From assembly GCA_963809895.1 (NCBI GenBank), contig CAWELD010000010.1, forward strand, positions 1,164,862-1,228,861: a DNA stretch of 64,000 nt. Direction: 5' to 3'. The position numbers and the translations under genes are program-made. Source of the DNA: an uncultured Gemmatimonadales bacterium. GTDB lineage: Bacteria; Gemmatimonadota; Gemmatimonadetes; Longimicrobiales; Gaopeijiaceae. Shown here piece by piece: positions 31,096 to 40,356 of this stretch (within the stretch, counting starts at the first letter, position 1; each line of letters starts with the position of its first letter). Below the pieces are notes generated by a model that made no database searches, was not told the DNA's origin, and saw nothing but the letters and a program-made list of their open reading frames with translations.

Positions 31096-31500
31096 GGGGG
31101 CGGCGGGGGCGGCGTTGGGGGGGGCCGGGTGGGCGGTGAGGTGGGTGCCGGGTGGTGAGGCGGGTGGCCGGACGGTGGGCGGGTGGCCGGGTGGGCGGCG
31201 GTGGGGTGGGGTGGTTGGGCGCCTGGGCCGGCGGAGGGGTGGCGGGCGGGTGGCCCGACGGTTGGGCGGGTGGTCGTGGAGGGGCGGGCCCGAGACCGCA
31301 TGGGGTGGATGGTTGGACGGGCGGGTGCCGGGTGGCGGGCGGGTAGAGGTGGCCGCCTGTCTGGCGCGGCGCCCCTTCGGCGATCGGTCGCAGGTTGGCT
31401 GGTTACCGTATGGCGGTGGGTCACGGTCGGGCGCCGGGCGAGGAGCCGGGCGGCGGGCCGGTCGTTGACGGGCGGTGGCGCGGCCGGCGGGTGCCGACAA
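31096..31500. repeat. G-skewed low-complexity tract
   Basis: Dense GG/GGG/GGGG runs with GGGTGG/GGCGG units and very few A on the + strand; no credible ORF. Confidence 0.7.
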
Positions 31501-31754
31501 CTCCGCAAGCGCCGGCCGTTTGGGAGAGCTCGCGGCCCTGGCGGCGATTATCGCGGCGGATCGCGCAAGCGCCGGCGGGCGTCCGGGGCCGTGCAGCCTT
31601 TGCCGCAACTATTGCCGCGAATCCTGCGAGCGAGCGCCGACAAGGGGGTCCTTGCAGGCCTGACGGCGATCTCAGCGTCCCTGGGGCGACCCAGGGTCGC
31701 GGTGGGGGCGCCACGCAGCCCTGGGCCCGGCGCCTTTTCGGCTACCCGCGGTCC

Positions 31755-31955
31755 GATGGGCCGTCGACATGTTCGCCCGGGGCCGGCCATGCGCGGATGG
31801 GCCGCCGACATGTTCGCCCGGGCGCGGCCATGCGCGGATGGGTCGCCGACATGTTCGCCCGGGCGCGGCCATGCGCGGATAGGCCGCCGACATGGTCGCC
31901 TGGGCGGGGCCATGCGCAGACGGGCCGCAGACATGATCACCCGGGCGCGGCCAGG
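31755..31955. repeat. Tandem repeat, 5 copies of a 41-bp unit
   Basis: GACATG anchors at 31766, 31807, 31848, 31889, 31930; unit approx GATGGGCCGCCGACATGTTCGCCCGGGCGCGGCCATGCGCG. Confidence 0.9.
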
Positions 31956-32081
31956 CCCCACGGGCCGCCGCCTCAGGAGCCGGCCCGCCACCTCACGCCC
32001 CGGCGCCCACCGCATCGTGCACTGGCACCCGCCGCCTCATGGCCCGGCCCAATCCGCATCGCTAGCTGCGGCGCCGCCACC

Positions 32082-32915
32082 TCACGCCCCGGCGCCCCCT
32101 GCCTCACGCCCGCCACCGCGGGGGGCTCCCCGCGCCTCGGACCGGCACTGTTCCACGATCTGGCGCAGCGCCTTCATGCCTTCCACGAGCCTGGGACCGG
32201 GGCGCCCCATCCACGCTTCGGGCACGCACACCACACGACCATGGCGCACGGCGGGCACGTCGGCGAACGCCTCGTTGCGGTAGACCACATCGGGGCGATA
32301 CTTGGCGGGGTCCACGCCGCACCAGGACAGGACGATGGCGTCGGGGGCCATGTGGGCCACCTCCTCGTCGGGTATGGGGCGGCTCTTGACCTCTTCCCGT
32401 CCCAGGGGATTCTCCGCGCCGGCCCGCTCCAGGACGTCGTGGGTCCAGCTCAGGCGTCCGGGTGCGATCACGGGTTTGGGCCACCACTGGACGAGCACAC
32501 GGGGTCGCGGCCCCGCGCCTTCCGCCGCCGCGCCTGGCGCCTCCAGCTCGCGGCGCATGTCACGCACCAGCGCCTCGGCCCGCTCGGGCACCCCGAGACG
32601 GTCGGCGATGTCTCGGACGTCGCGGTACACGTCGGCGAGGGACACCGGCTCCGGCGCGATCCACGGGAGGCCGGCGGCCTCGAGCCGCTCGACGACCCGT
32701 TCGTGTCCCGGCACGGTGAGGGTGGCCAGCACCAGGTCCGGATCCAGGGCCGCCACCTTGTCCACGTCCACGTCGAGGTCGGGCCCCACGCGGGGGAGTC
32801 GATCCACGACTTCCGTGGGGAAGTCGGAGTGGTCGTCGACGCCCACCAGGAGGTCCGCGCACCCGAGGGCGCACACGATCTCGGTGTTGGAGCAGGCCAG
32901 CGATACGACACGCAT
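32082..32915 (-). CDS. Cobalamin/heme-binding helical-backbone receptor (BtuF-like), no signal peptide
   Basis: MRVVSLACSNTEIVCALG..LVGVD..SDFP, PDLVL, RPGPRLVEG. Confidence 0.82.
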   Translation of the reverse strand: MRVVSLACSNTEIVCALGCADLLVGVDDHSDFPTEVVDRLPRVGPDLDVDVDKVAALDPDLVLATLTVPGHERVVERLEAAGLPWIAPEPVSLADVYRDVRDIADRLGVPERAEALVRDMRRELEAPGAAAEGAGPRPRVLVQWWPKPVIAPGRLSWTHDVLERAGAENPLGREEVKSRPIPDEEVAHMAPDAIVLSWCGVDPAKYRPDVVYRNEAFADVPAVRHGRVVCVPEAWMGRPGPRLVEGMKALRQIVEQCRSEARGAPRGGGREAGGAGA

Positions 32916-33034
32916 GCTGCCCGGTACCCGAAGGCTCGGACGGGGGTCCGGCCCGACCCCGTCGCGGCACACCGGCCGCGGTCGGGGGTGCAATCACACA
33001 CGTCGCACATCACCGCTCCAACTCTCGAAGAGCC

Positions 33035-33616
33035 ATGGCAAGCACTCCGTCCACCATGTCCCGGCTGGGCACGACCGCCCCGGCCTTCGCCCTACCGGAT
33101 CCCGTGACCGGTGAGACCGTCTCCCTCGACGATTTCGCCGAGGCGCCGGCGCTCCTCGTGGTCTTCATCTCCAACCACTGCCCGTACGTGAAGCACATTC
33201 GCCAGGGGCTGGCTGCCTTCGGCCGTGACTATCAGGCCCGGGGCCTGGCCATGGTGGCCATCAACGCCAACGACGTCGACCGCTATCCGGACGACGCGCC
33301 GGACAAGATGGCCGACGAGGCGCGCACGCACGGGTACACGTTTCCGTACCTGTTCGACGAGACCCAGGAGGTCGCCCGCGCCTACCGCGCCGCGTGCACG
33401 CCGGACTTCTTCCTGTTCGACGGCGACCGGCGCCTCGTCTACCGGGGCCAGTTCGACGCCAGCCGGCCAGGCAACGGCGTGCCGGTGACGGGTGAGGATC
33501 TACGGAAGGCTGCGGACGCGGTTCTGGAGGGCGGAAGCCCTTCGGACGACCAGCATCCCTCGGTCGGCTGCAACATCAAGTGGAAGCCGGGGAACGAGCC
33601 GGACTACTTCGGCTGA
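33035..33616 (+). CDS. Thioredoxin-fold AhpC/TSA family protein
   Basis: SNHCPYV, FPYLFDETQEVARAY.AACTPDFF, YRGQFD, SVGCNIKW. Confidence 0.9.
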   Translation: MASTPSTMSRLGTTAPAFALPDPVTGETVSLDDFAEAPALLVVFISNHCPYVKHIRQGLAAFGRDYQARGLAMVAINANDVDRYPDDAPDKMADEARTHGYTFPYLFDETQEVARAYRAACTPDFFLFDGDRRLVYRGQFDASRPGNGVPVTGEDLRKAADAVLEGGSPSDDQHPSVGCNIKWKPGNEPDYFG

Positions 33617-33720
33617 GACGGGGAGTCGCTGGCGAGGAGCGCGCCGGGGGCGCCCGGCTGCCGCCGCGCCACGCTCGCCCCCGCCCGTCCCCGGCCTGCC
33701 GCGGAATCCCCTGAAATGAC

Positions 33721-33757
33721 GGAGGCCACCGGTGCCCGTCAGACACCGATGGCCTCC
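33721..33757 (-). terminator. Strong hairpin, likely terminator of the minus-strand sORF transcript
   Basis: On the minus strand GGAGGCCATCGGTGTCT-GAC-GGGCACCGGTGGCCTCC pairs fully using G-U; followed by GTCATTT. Confidence 0.55.
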
Positions 33758-33824
33758 TTCTGCTGTCCGGACCTGGCGCGAACGCCACTACCCGGCGCGA
33801 ACAGCCTGATCGACGATGCTCGAC

Positions 33825-33887
33825 TTAGTAGCCGAAGCGGCGATCGCTTGCCCGTGCCAGGTCGGACAGGGTACTCGGACTAGACAA
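33825..33887 (-). CDS. Candidate 20-aa small protein MSSPSTLSDLARASDRRFGY
   Basis: TTG start 7 nt after the GGAGG core of AAGGAGGTGATCC (33901-33889); TAA stop; downstream hairpin. Confidence 0.5.
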   Translation of the reverse strand: MSSPSTLSDLARASDRRFGY

Positions 33888-34050
33888 GGGATCACCTCCT
33901 TTTTGCGGGGAAACATCGGGCACCACACCGGAAGGCTCAGAGCCTTCGGTCCGGGACCGGCGCCCTCGGGACGCCGGGATCCACGGCCCAGGCCGCCGCA
34001 TGCGACCGACGAGAACCTACACGACATCCCCCGTCGGGTTCAACACCCTT

Positions 34051-34100
34051 CCAGTGTGGTCCCGCTCGAACGCAACGGGACCTTTGCGCCGCTGCACTAG
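34051..34100. repeat. 50-bp REP/MITE-like element, copy 1
   Basis: 39/50 identical by hand alignment to 54275-54324; its terminal CTAG contains the stop of the M50 peptidase gene. Confidence 0.7.
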
Positions 34101-34768
34101 AGATTCTGCCACGTTCGCCGCAGCAGAAGCCCGCAGACCACCAGCGCCACCGCGATCCACAGGATTCCCCAGAAGAGCGTGGGGATGCCCGTGAGCTGGG
34201 CCAGCATGGCGGCGTCGGACTGCAGGCCGGGCCGGTCCAGGATGTCGCTCTTGATGTCGAGGACGGCGTAGAGGCAGGAGGTGAGTCCCAACGCCATGAG
34301 GATGCGGGCGCTCCACACCGAGGGCATGCGGCGGCCGGACCACAGCAGCGTGCCGCCGAACGCCAGCCCGAACACCACCCCGAACAGGTTGCGGATGTAG
34401 AGCGCGGTCAGGACCAGCACCGCGCCTCCCACCAGCGACAGCAGGAGACCGGGTCGCGCGCGCTTGGACTGGGATCCCAGGGCGAGCAGCGATCCCAGCA
34501 CGAGGCTGCCGAGATAGCCGGCCGACAAGGTCAGGAACGGAATCCCCCCGGTGCCCATGGTGACCCCACCCTCCGCCGGATCCAGCATGATGTGGCCCAC
34601 CTTGCCGCCGGTGGCCACGATCATGAGGGCGTGGCTCGTCTCGTGGAGGAGCACCACGAAGATCTTCAGCGGATAGATGACCGGGGTGTACCAGAGGTAC
34701 CAGACGGCGATGAAGTAGGCGCCGAACCCCAGCAGAAAGCGCAGGCGCTTCTGTGTCGAGGGTTTCAT
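34097..34768 (-). CDS. M50 family (M50B-like) membrane metallopeptidase
   Basis: LLHETSHAL, SAGYLG, SDAAMLA. Confidence 0.85.
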   Translation of the reverse strand: MKPSTQKRLRFLLGFGAYFIAVWYLWYTPVIYPLKIFVVLLHETSHALMIVATGGKVGHIMLDPAEGGVTMGTGGIPFLTLSAGYLGSLVLGSLLALGSQSKRARPGLLLSLVGGAVLVLTALYIRNLFGVVFGLAFGGTLLWSGRRMPSVWSARILMALGLTSCLYAVLDIKSDILDRPGLQSDAAMLAQLTGIPTLFWGILWIAVALVVCGLLLRRTWQNL

Positions 34769-34776
34769 GTCTCTTC

Positions 34777-36015
34777 CTACGGCCTCTCCGAAGGAGGGGT
34801 TTCGATGCGATATGCGCGTTCCAGGAGGCCGGACGCCACCCTGCGCACCTCGTCCCGGGCCCCGGTGGCGTTCTGGCCGGAGGCCCCCAGCGCCGCCAGC
34901 GCGGCCTCTCGGACGCCTTCGTGGGACAGCCTGGGGTCGAAGCCCAGGAGCGTGGCCCAACCGTTGGCCCGGTCCCGCCACTGACGGCGGATTTCTTCCG
35001 TCCATCCCTCGGATGCGGTGAGGCCGCCTGCCGTTGCCTGGCGGGCCATGGCCACGGCTCCCGCGATCTCCTTCACGAGCGTGGCGCCATCGGCTGCCGA
35101 CCCCGACAGCGCCCGCATCCGGCGCGGGCGTTCCATGGCCGCCAGCGCCGCCCGCAGGGTGTCCAGGGTGAGCGTGCCACCGGCCCAGCGGGCCACCGTG
35201 AGCGTATCGGGCGCCCCGGGGGTCGAGAGCGCGGCCAACGCGTCCTCCTCGAGGGCGAGCCCGTCGGGCTCGGGCGCGTGGGTCGCATCCGTGTCGAGGG
35301 TGGTGAGCATGCCGGCCACTTCCAGCTCGACGCCGGTCCGGGCCTCCTCGAAGGGCACCACCTGGCGATCCTCCAGGCGCAGGACGTGGAAGCCGTACTG
35401 GGTCTCCACCACGTCGCTGATCTCGCCCGGCTCCAGGGCCATGGCCGCGTTCCAGAACTCGTCGACCCAGGACCCCTCGCGGCCGGGAGTGAGCAGGCCC
35501 TGGCGGCCCTCCGCGCCCGGCTCCTCCGACACGTCGGCGGCCACCTCGGGAAAATCCTCGCCGTTGCGGATCCGCTCCAGCGCCCGCTCCGCCTTGGCCC
35601 GGGCCTGCGCCCGCGTCGCGTCCGTTTCGTAACGGGGGGAGAGGATGAGGAGATGCCGAACGGTGAGCTCGTAGCGCGGCTCGGTCAGGTAGCGCGCCCG
35701 CAGCACGTCGTCACCCACGCCGGCGGAGTCCAGGGCGCGCTCCGCCTGCCACAGCTGCCACAGACGATCCCGTTGCCGGGAGGTCACCCACGGCTCGGCC
35801 ACGGCGTCCAGCGTCGAATCGGCCACGGCGAGGCCCAGGGCGGCGAGATCGCCCAGCAGCTCCCGCCGGTCGGCCGAGAGCCCGAGAAGATCCCGCTCCT
35901 GGTAGCGGATCCCGTCGACGCGGAGCGCGGGGGGCGCCTGTCCGCACGCCGTCGCCAGCAGGGCCATCAGCGCCAGGAGGGGGCGGGAACGAGGAGTGGA
36001 GTCGCGACGAGCCAT
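34777..36015 (-). CDS. PpiC/parvulin peptidyl-prolyl isomerase lipoprotein
   Basis: Lipobox LATAC; VRHLLI, GEDFPEVAADVSEE, GEISDVVETQYGFHVL. Confidence 0.85.
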   Translation of the reverse strand: MARRDSTPRSRPLLALMALLATACGQAPPALRVDGIRYQERDLLGLSADRRELLGDLAALGLAVADSTLDAVAEPWVTSRQRDRLWQLWQAERALDSAGVGDDVLRARYLTEPRYELTVRHLLILSPRYETDATRAQARAKAERALERIRNGEDFPEVAADVSEEPGAEGRQGLLTPGREGSWVDEFWNAAMALEPGEISDVVETQYGFHVLRLEDRQVVPFEEARTGVELEVAGMLTTLDTDATHAPEPDGLALEEDALAALSTPGAPDTLTVARWAGGTLTLDTLRAALAAMERPRRMRALSGSAADGATLVKEIAGAVAMARQATAGGLTASEGWTEEIRRQWRDRANGWATLLGFDPRLSHEGVREAALAALGASGQNATGARDEVRRVASGLLERAYRIETPPSERP

Positions 36016-36182
36016 GGGCCTGGAGACGGATGCGGTGGCAGGAGGGTTGAGAGAGAGTAGAAGGGTGTGGCGCCGGGGCCAACCCCGGGCATCACCCTCC
36101 CGGGCGCGGGAGGGATCTTCCACGGTGCCAGGCGCGTATAGGACTTTCGACCCCAGCTTCACACTCCTTACGTCAGGAGCCT

Positions 36183-37277
36183 ATGCACCGATCCGACTCC
36201 CACACCGATGGGCGCCGCAGGAGCGCCCGCGCCGCCGCGAAGTTCCTCGCTCTGGCGGTGGGATTCCTACTCCTGCCGGCGGCCGTATCTCCCGTGGGAG
36301 CCGGCATGCGGGCCGCGCCGGTTCCGACCGCGCACCCTGCATCCGCTCCGGTGACCAGCCTGCTCGATCCAGCGCTGGAGCCCGTGCGCGGAAGGAGCGC
36401 CCCGGACGGTCCCTACCGGGCTGACATGGCCGCGTTCATGGTGCGCGTCGGCGGGACCGCCGTGCCTCACGGCGTGCTGGCCGTGACGGTCCTGCCCGGG
36501 GGGGCCCTGGACATCGAGGCCGAGGGTGGGGCGTTCGTGTTGCGCCACGACGCGGGCCGGTTGGAAACCGACAGTCAGGACCATTGGACCTGGCGTGCGC
36601 CGACTGCCCCTGGCGTGCACGCGCTGGAGGTGGCACGGGCCGACGGTTCGGCCAGCGTCCACCTCAACGTGCTGGTTCTGCATCCGCGGAGTCAGGTGAA
36701 GGACGGCCGGCTCAACGGGTTCCGCATGGGCGCCTACCGCGAAGAGCCACTCGACGGCAGGGACGTCTACCTGCCGCCGAAGGGTTTCGTCGAGGTGGCG
36801 CACGGCGACGAGGACATTCTGGTCTCGCCGCACTTCACGCTGGGTCAGTTCCTCTGCAAGCAGGACGGGGAACCGCGCTATCTGGCGCTGAGCACACCCC
36901 TGCTCATCAAGCTCGAGGCCGTGCTGGATGCCGCCAACCGCCGGGGCATCACCACGGGCAGCTTCCACGTCATGTCGGGATTCCGCACACCGTGGTACAA
37001 CCGGGCCATCGGCAATACCACCAGCTATTCCCGTCATCTGTGGGGTGACGCCGCCGACATCTACGTGGACGTGGACGGCGACGGCGACATGGACGACCTG
37101 GACGGAAACGGACGGCACGACGTGGGCGACGCCCGGGTGCTGGCCGCCGTCGTGGAGTCGGTGGAGCGGAACGGCGCCGACGGGCTGATGCCCGGAGGAC
37201 TCGGGATCTACCGGCGCAACGCGGCCCACGGGCCCTTCGTACACGTCGACGCCCGGGGCTACCAGGCGCGTTGGTAA
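36183..37277 (+). CDS. Peptidase M15A (D-Ala-D-Ala carboxypeptidase-like) secreted protein
   Basis: SPHFTLGQF, MSGFRTPWYN, SRHLWGDAAD, FVHVDARG; Asp-rich DVDGDGDMDDLDGNG loop. Confidence 0.85.
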   Translation: MHRSDSHTDGRRRSARAAAKFLALAVGFLLLPAAVSPVGAGMRAAPVPTAHPASAPVTSLLDPALEPVRGRSAPDGPYRADMAAFMVRVGGTAVPHGVLAVTVLPGGALDIEAEGGAFVLRHDAGRLETDSQDHWTWRAPTAPGVHALEVARADGSASVHLNVLVLHPRSQVKDGRLNGFRMGAYREEPLDGRDVYLPPKGFVEVAHGDEDILVSPHFTLGQFLCKQDGEPRYLALSTPLLIKLEAVLDAANRRGITTGSFHVMSGFRTPWYNRAIGNTTSYSRHLWGDAADIYVDVDGDGDMDDLDGNGRHDVGDARVLAAVVESVERNGADGLMPGGLGIYRRNAAHGPFVHVDARGYQARW

Positions 37278-37280
37278 CCC

Positions 37281-37574
37281 TCAGCCGGGCTCGCCCGGCT
37301 CGTCTTCCGAGGGCCGGAGCTGACGATCGAAGTCGGCTCCGGCCCTCAGCGTTCGTACCTGGGCGTCGAGCTCGGCCAGTCGACCTTCCATGAGGCGCAC
37401 GTGCTCCGCGACGTCGCCCGACGGGAGGCGGTCGCTGCGCTCCCTGTAGGCATCGAGCAATTCCTGCACGAAGGGCCTCAGCACGAAGCGGATCACCAGC
37501 CCCGATGTGAGTGCGAACACCGAGAGTCCGAGAAAGGCGAACCAGATGAGCTCGCCGAGGGCGCGCAGATCCAT
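37281..37574 (-). CDS. Small membrane protein with coiled C-terminus
   Basis: One TM segment and a charged tail ending FDRQL; fills the gap between genes. Confidence 0.6.
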   Translation of the reverse strand: MDLRALGELIWFAFLGLSVFALTSGLVIRFVLRPFVQELLDAYRERSDRLPSGDVAEHVRLMEGRLAELDAQVRTLRAGADFDRQLRPSEDEPGEPG

Positions 37575-37711
37575 GTGGCGTCGAGGTTCGAGAAGTGGGC
37601 AGCCGTCCCTACGCCCTGGCCGGGCCGATGGTTTCTCCGAAAGGCTGTTCCGCTGCGCGAAGTGCAGGTAAATTTGAAATTCTACCGCTCGTCGTCTGAC
37701 GGAGACGTGAC

Positions 37712-38572
37712 TTGCTCCACCCGAACATCCGTGCCGTCCTCATGCAGCTGGAAGAAGCGACCCACACCCACGGGGCGCTCTTTCTGGTGCGCGAGGGTGA
37801 CGAGCCCTGGTCCCTCGAGTGGGCTCGCGGCTCCTCCACGCTCCTGGGCACGGACGAGGATGGGCTGACGTCCGAGCCCACCGCGTGGTGGTCGGCGGTC
37901 CTGGGCGAGGACCGCGAGGGTCTGCGCGCGGACCTGGCGTCGTCGTGGACCGATCGGGTGGTGGAGTACCGCACCTCGCCGAGTGTCGCCGGCGCCCGGC
38001 GGTGGATTCGCGAGTCGCTCCGGCGTGTGCGACTGCCCGACGGTCGGACGGTTCTGGTCTCCGTCGCGCGGGACGTGACGCTGGAGCGCGAGGCCGAGCG
38101 GTCCGAGGCTTCGCCCGTCGGCGGCGCCACCCACGAGATCGGCGCCGGCGCGGGACCGTTGGTGCTCCTGGTGGAGGACGACGAGGCCGTGCGCAGCGTT
38201 CTCTCCCGTGTGCTCACCCGGGAGGGCTTCACGACCCTGCTGGCGGGCAGCGTCACCGAAGCGCTACGGGTCTTCGAGCGTGCCCCCAGAGAGATCGAGC
38301 TCCTGGTGTCGGACGTGGTGCTCCCCGACCGGCCGGTGGCCGAGCTGGCTCGGGCGCTTCGCCGGCGCCGGCCCGATCTGCCGGTTCTCCTCATGTCGGG
38401 CTACGGGACCGAGGAGCTGGAGCGCCGGGGCGATCTGCTTCAGGGGCTCCCACTGCTCCCCAAGCCCTTCACGCCGTCGGAGCTGGTGCGCTCCATGCGC
38501 GCCTGTCTCGCCTCCGTCGAACAGAAGGGCGGAGGCGGGGCTCTCAGCAGCCCCCAGTCGGTGGCGTCCTGA
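37712..38572 (+). CDS. Response regulator with N-terminal PAS-like segment
   Basis: VLLVEDD, LLVSDVVLP, LLMSGY, LPKPF; N-terminal VEYR..RWIRE PAC-like motif; start may be 37742. Confidence 0.8.
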   Translation: MLHPNIRAVLMQLEEATHTHGALFLVREGDEPWSLEWARGSSTLLGTDEDGLTSEPTAWWSAVLGEDREGLRADLASSWTDRVVEYRTSPSVAGARRWIRESLRRVRLPDGRTVLVSVARDVTLEREAERSEASPVGGATHEIGAGAGPLVLLVEDDEAVRSVLSRVLTREGFTTLLAGSVTEALRVFERAPREIELLVSDVVLPDRPVAELARALRRRRPDLPVLLMSGYGTEELERRGDLLQGLPLLPKPFTPSELVRSMRACLASVEQKGGGGALSSPQSVAS

Positions 38573-38605
38573 CGGTCGACACCACACGACCGTTCGGGCC
38601 GTGGG

Positions 38606-40184
38606 CTACGGAATGGGCGTCCGGGGCATGGTGAGCAGAGCCGCGTAGAGATCCACCGCGTACCAGAGGTTCGCCAGGCGCAGGTTCTCGTCCGGGGCGT
38701 GCTGGTTGTCGTCGTGATTCGCCACCGGGACGATGAGCGCCGGCTTTCCCATGGTCTGCGTGAAGAGGTAGAGCGGCAGCGAACCGCCCAGCGCCGGCAC
38801 CAGCAGCAGATCATCGCCGGCCACCACGCGCGCCGCCGCCACGACCTCCTGCGCCACCGGCGTGTCCATGGGCGTCCGCGCCGCAGGGTAGCCCACGCCG
38901 CGAGTCACCTTGACGATCTTGGGATAGCGCAGTCGCGTCTCCCGATCCGGGTCCTCGCGCACGATGTGGAATCCCTGCCCCCGGATGTGCGCTTCCACGA
39001 GATCCAGCATGTGCTCGGGGTCGTTCCCCTTCACGAGCCGGAGCCCCAACGACGCCTCGGCGGTGGAGGGGATCACGTTCCGCGCCAGCGCACCCACGTT
39101 GCCACTGGCCAGCCCCTTCACCGTCAGCGAGGGCAGGAGCAGGCGCTCCGCCAGTGTTTCCGGCTCGCCCTCGGTGCGGGCCAGGCCCAGCTCCTCCTTG
39201 AGTGCGGCGTCGTAGCTCGGCAGCGCGTCCAGCGCGGCGCGCTCCTGGGGCCCGATGGGGTCGACGGTGTCGTAGAAGCCGTCGATGAGGACCTTGCCCG
39301 TGTCGCCGTCCTTCATGCTCGCGAGGAGGTCCGCCAGAAGCTGGCCGGGCACCGGCGCCCAGTTGCCGTAGTGCCCGCTGTGCAGGGAGCGCATCGGTCC
39401 GTAGACGGTGAGGGCCATCCCGGTCACCCCGCGTACGCCGAAGGTGATCTGGGGACGTCCGCTCTGGTGCACCGGCCCGTCGAAGAAGAGCCACACGTCG
39501 ATGGGATCCAGGGCGCTCGCGGTGCGCGGCGAGGTAGTCCCCGAGGTGGCTGGAGCCCGCTTCCTCTTCGCCCTCGAAGAAGAACACCAGGTTCGAGGTG
39601 GGGATGATGTCGTGCTCGCGGAACGCGCGCAGCACCGGGAAGAGCGCGCCCAGGGGGGCCTTGTCGTCGCCGGCAGAGCGGGCGTAGATGCGCCACTCCG
39701 GATCGACCTCGTCGCCGTCGGCGGGGAAGGGAATGGGCGTCGCCCCCTCCTCCATGGACCCGTCGTAGAGCGTGGGTTCCCAGGGGGCGTGGGTCCAGTT
39801 CGTGGGATCCGCCGGCTGGCCGTCGTAGTGCACGTAGAGCCCCAGCGTGCGCGTCGCCCCCGGCACCTTCAACTCACCGAACACGGCCGGTGGCGCGCCG
39901 GGCAGCGTCCAGACCTCGGAGCGAACGCCCATCGCCTCGAGGCGAGCGGCCAGCGTGTCGGCGTTCACCCGTATGCCGACGGAGTCGGACGCCACGTTGG
40001 GCAGGGACAGCAGCCGGGCGAACTCCCGCAGCACGGCCGGCGCGTGGGCCGTCCGGTAGTCCCGGACCGCGTCGACGGCGGCGGCCTGCTGCGCCGAGGC
40101 GGGCCGGGGTGCCAGGGCCAGCCCGCACAGCGCGGCCAGGAGGACGGGCAACCACGAGACGGACGGACGACGTTCCACGGACAT
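38606..40184 (-). CDS. M20/M25/M40 metallohydrolase, one frameshift near 39512
   Basis: YVHYDGQP, YARSAGDDK, EGEEEAGS in one frame; DGPVHQ, LHSGHYGN, NQHAPDEN in the next; extra base in a G3 run. Confidence 0.82.
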
Positions 40185-40356
40185 GCTCCGGTGCGAGGAG
40201 AATCGAAGGGCCCGGCCACAATACGGATCCGGACGTGGCGTTTCCAGCGCCCAGGATCACATTCTGGTGGATCCGGCCGGGGTGTGGCAGGGTTTGAAGC
40301 GGGTGGCGCGAGCGGTCGTACTCCAGGTACACCTGTCTCTACGAATCAGCGACGAA

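Noticed and set aside
31755..31955. CRISPR array
   Set aside because: The units are contiguous tandem copies with no unique spacers, and no cas genes are present
31069..32283. Pro/Gly/Arg-rich ORFs in the intergenic gap
   Set aside because: They are translations of low-complexity and tandem-repeat DNA
33889..33904. 16S rRNA 3' end (GGATCACCTCCTTT)
   Set aside because: Only the tail matches; the upstream helix 44/45 sequence is absent. It is better read as a Shine-Dalgarno on the minus strand
33720..33950. tmRNA, SRP RNA or 6S RNA
   Set aside because: No tRNA-like ends, no tag ending in AA, and no SRP domain IV motif that I could recognise
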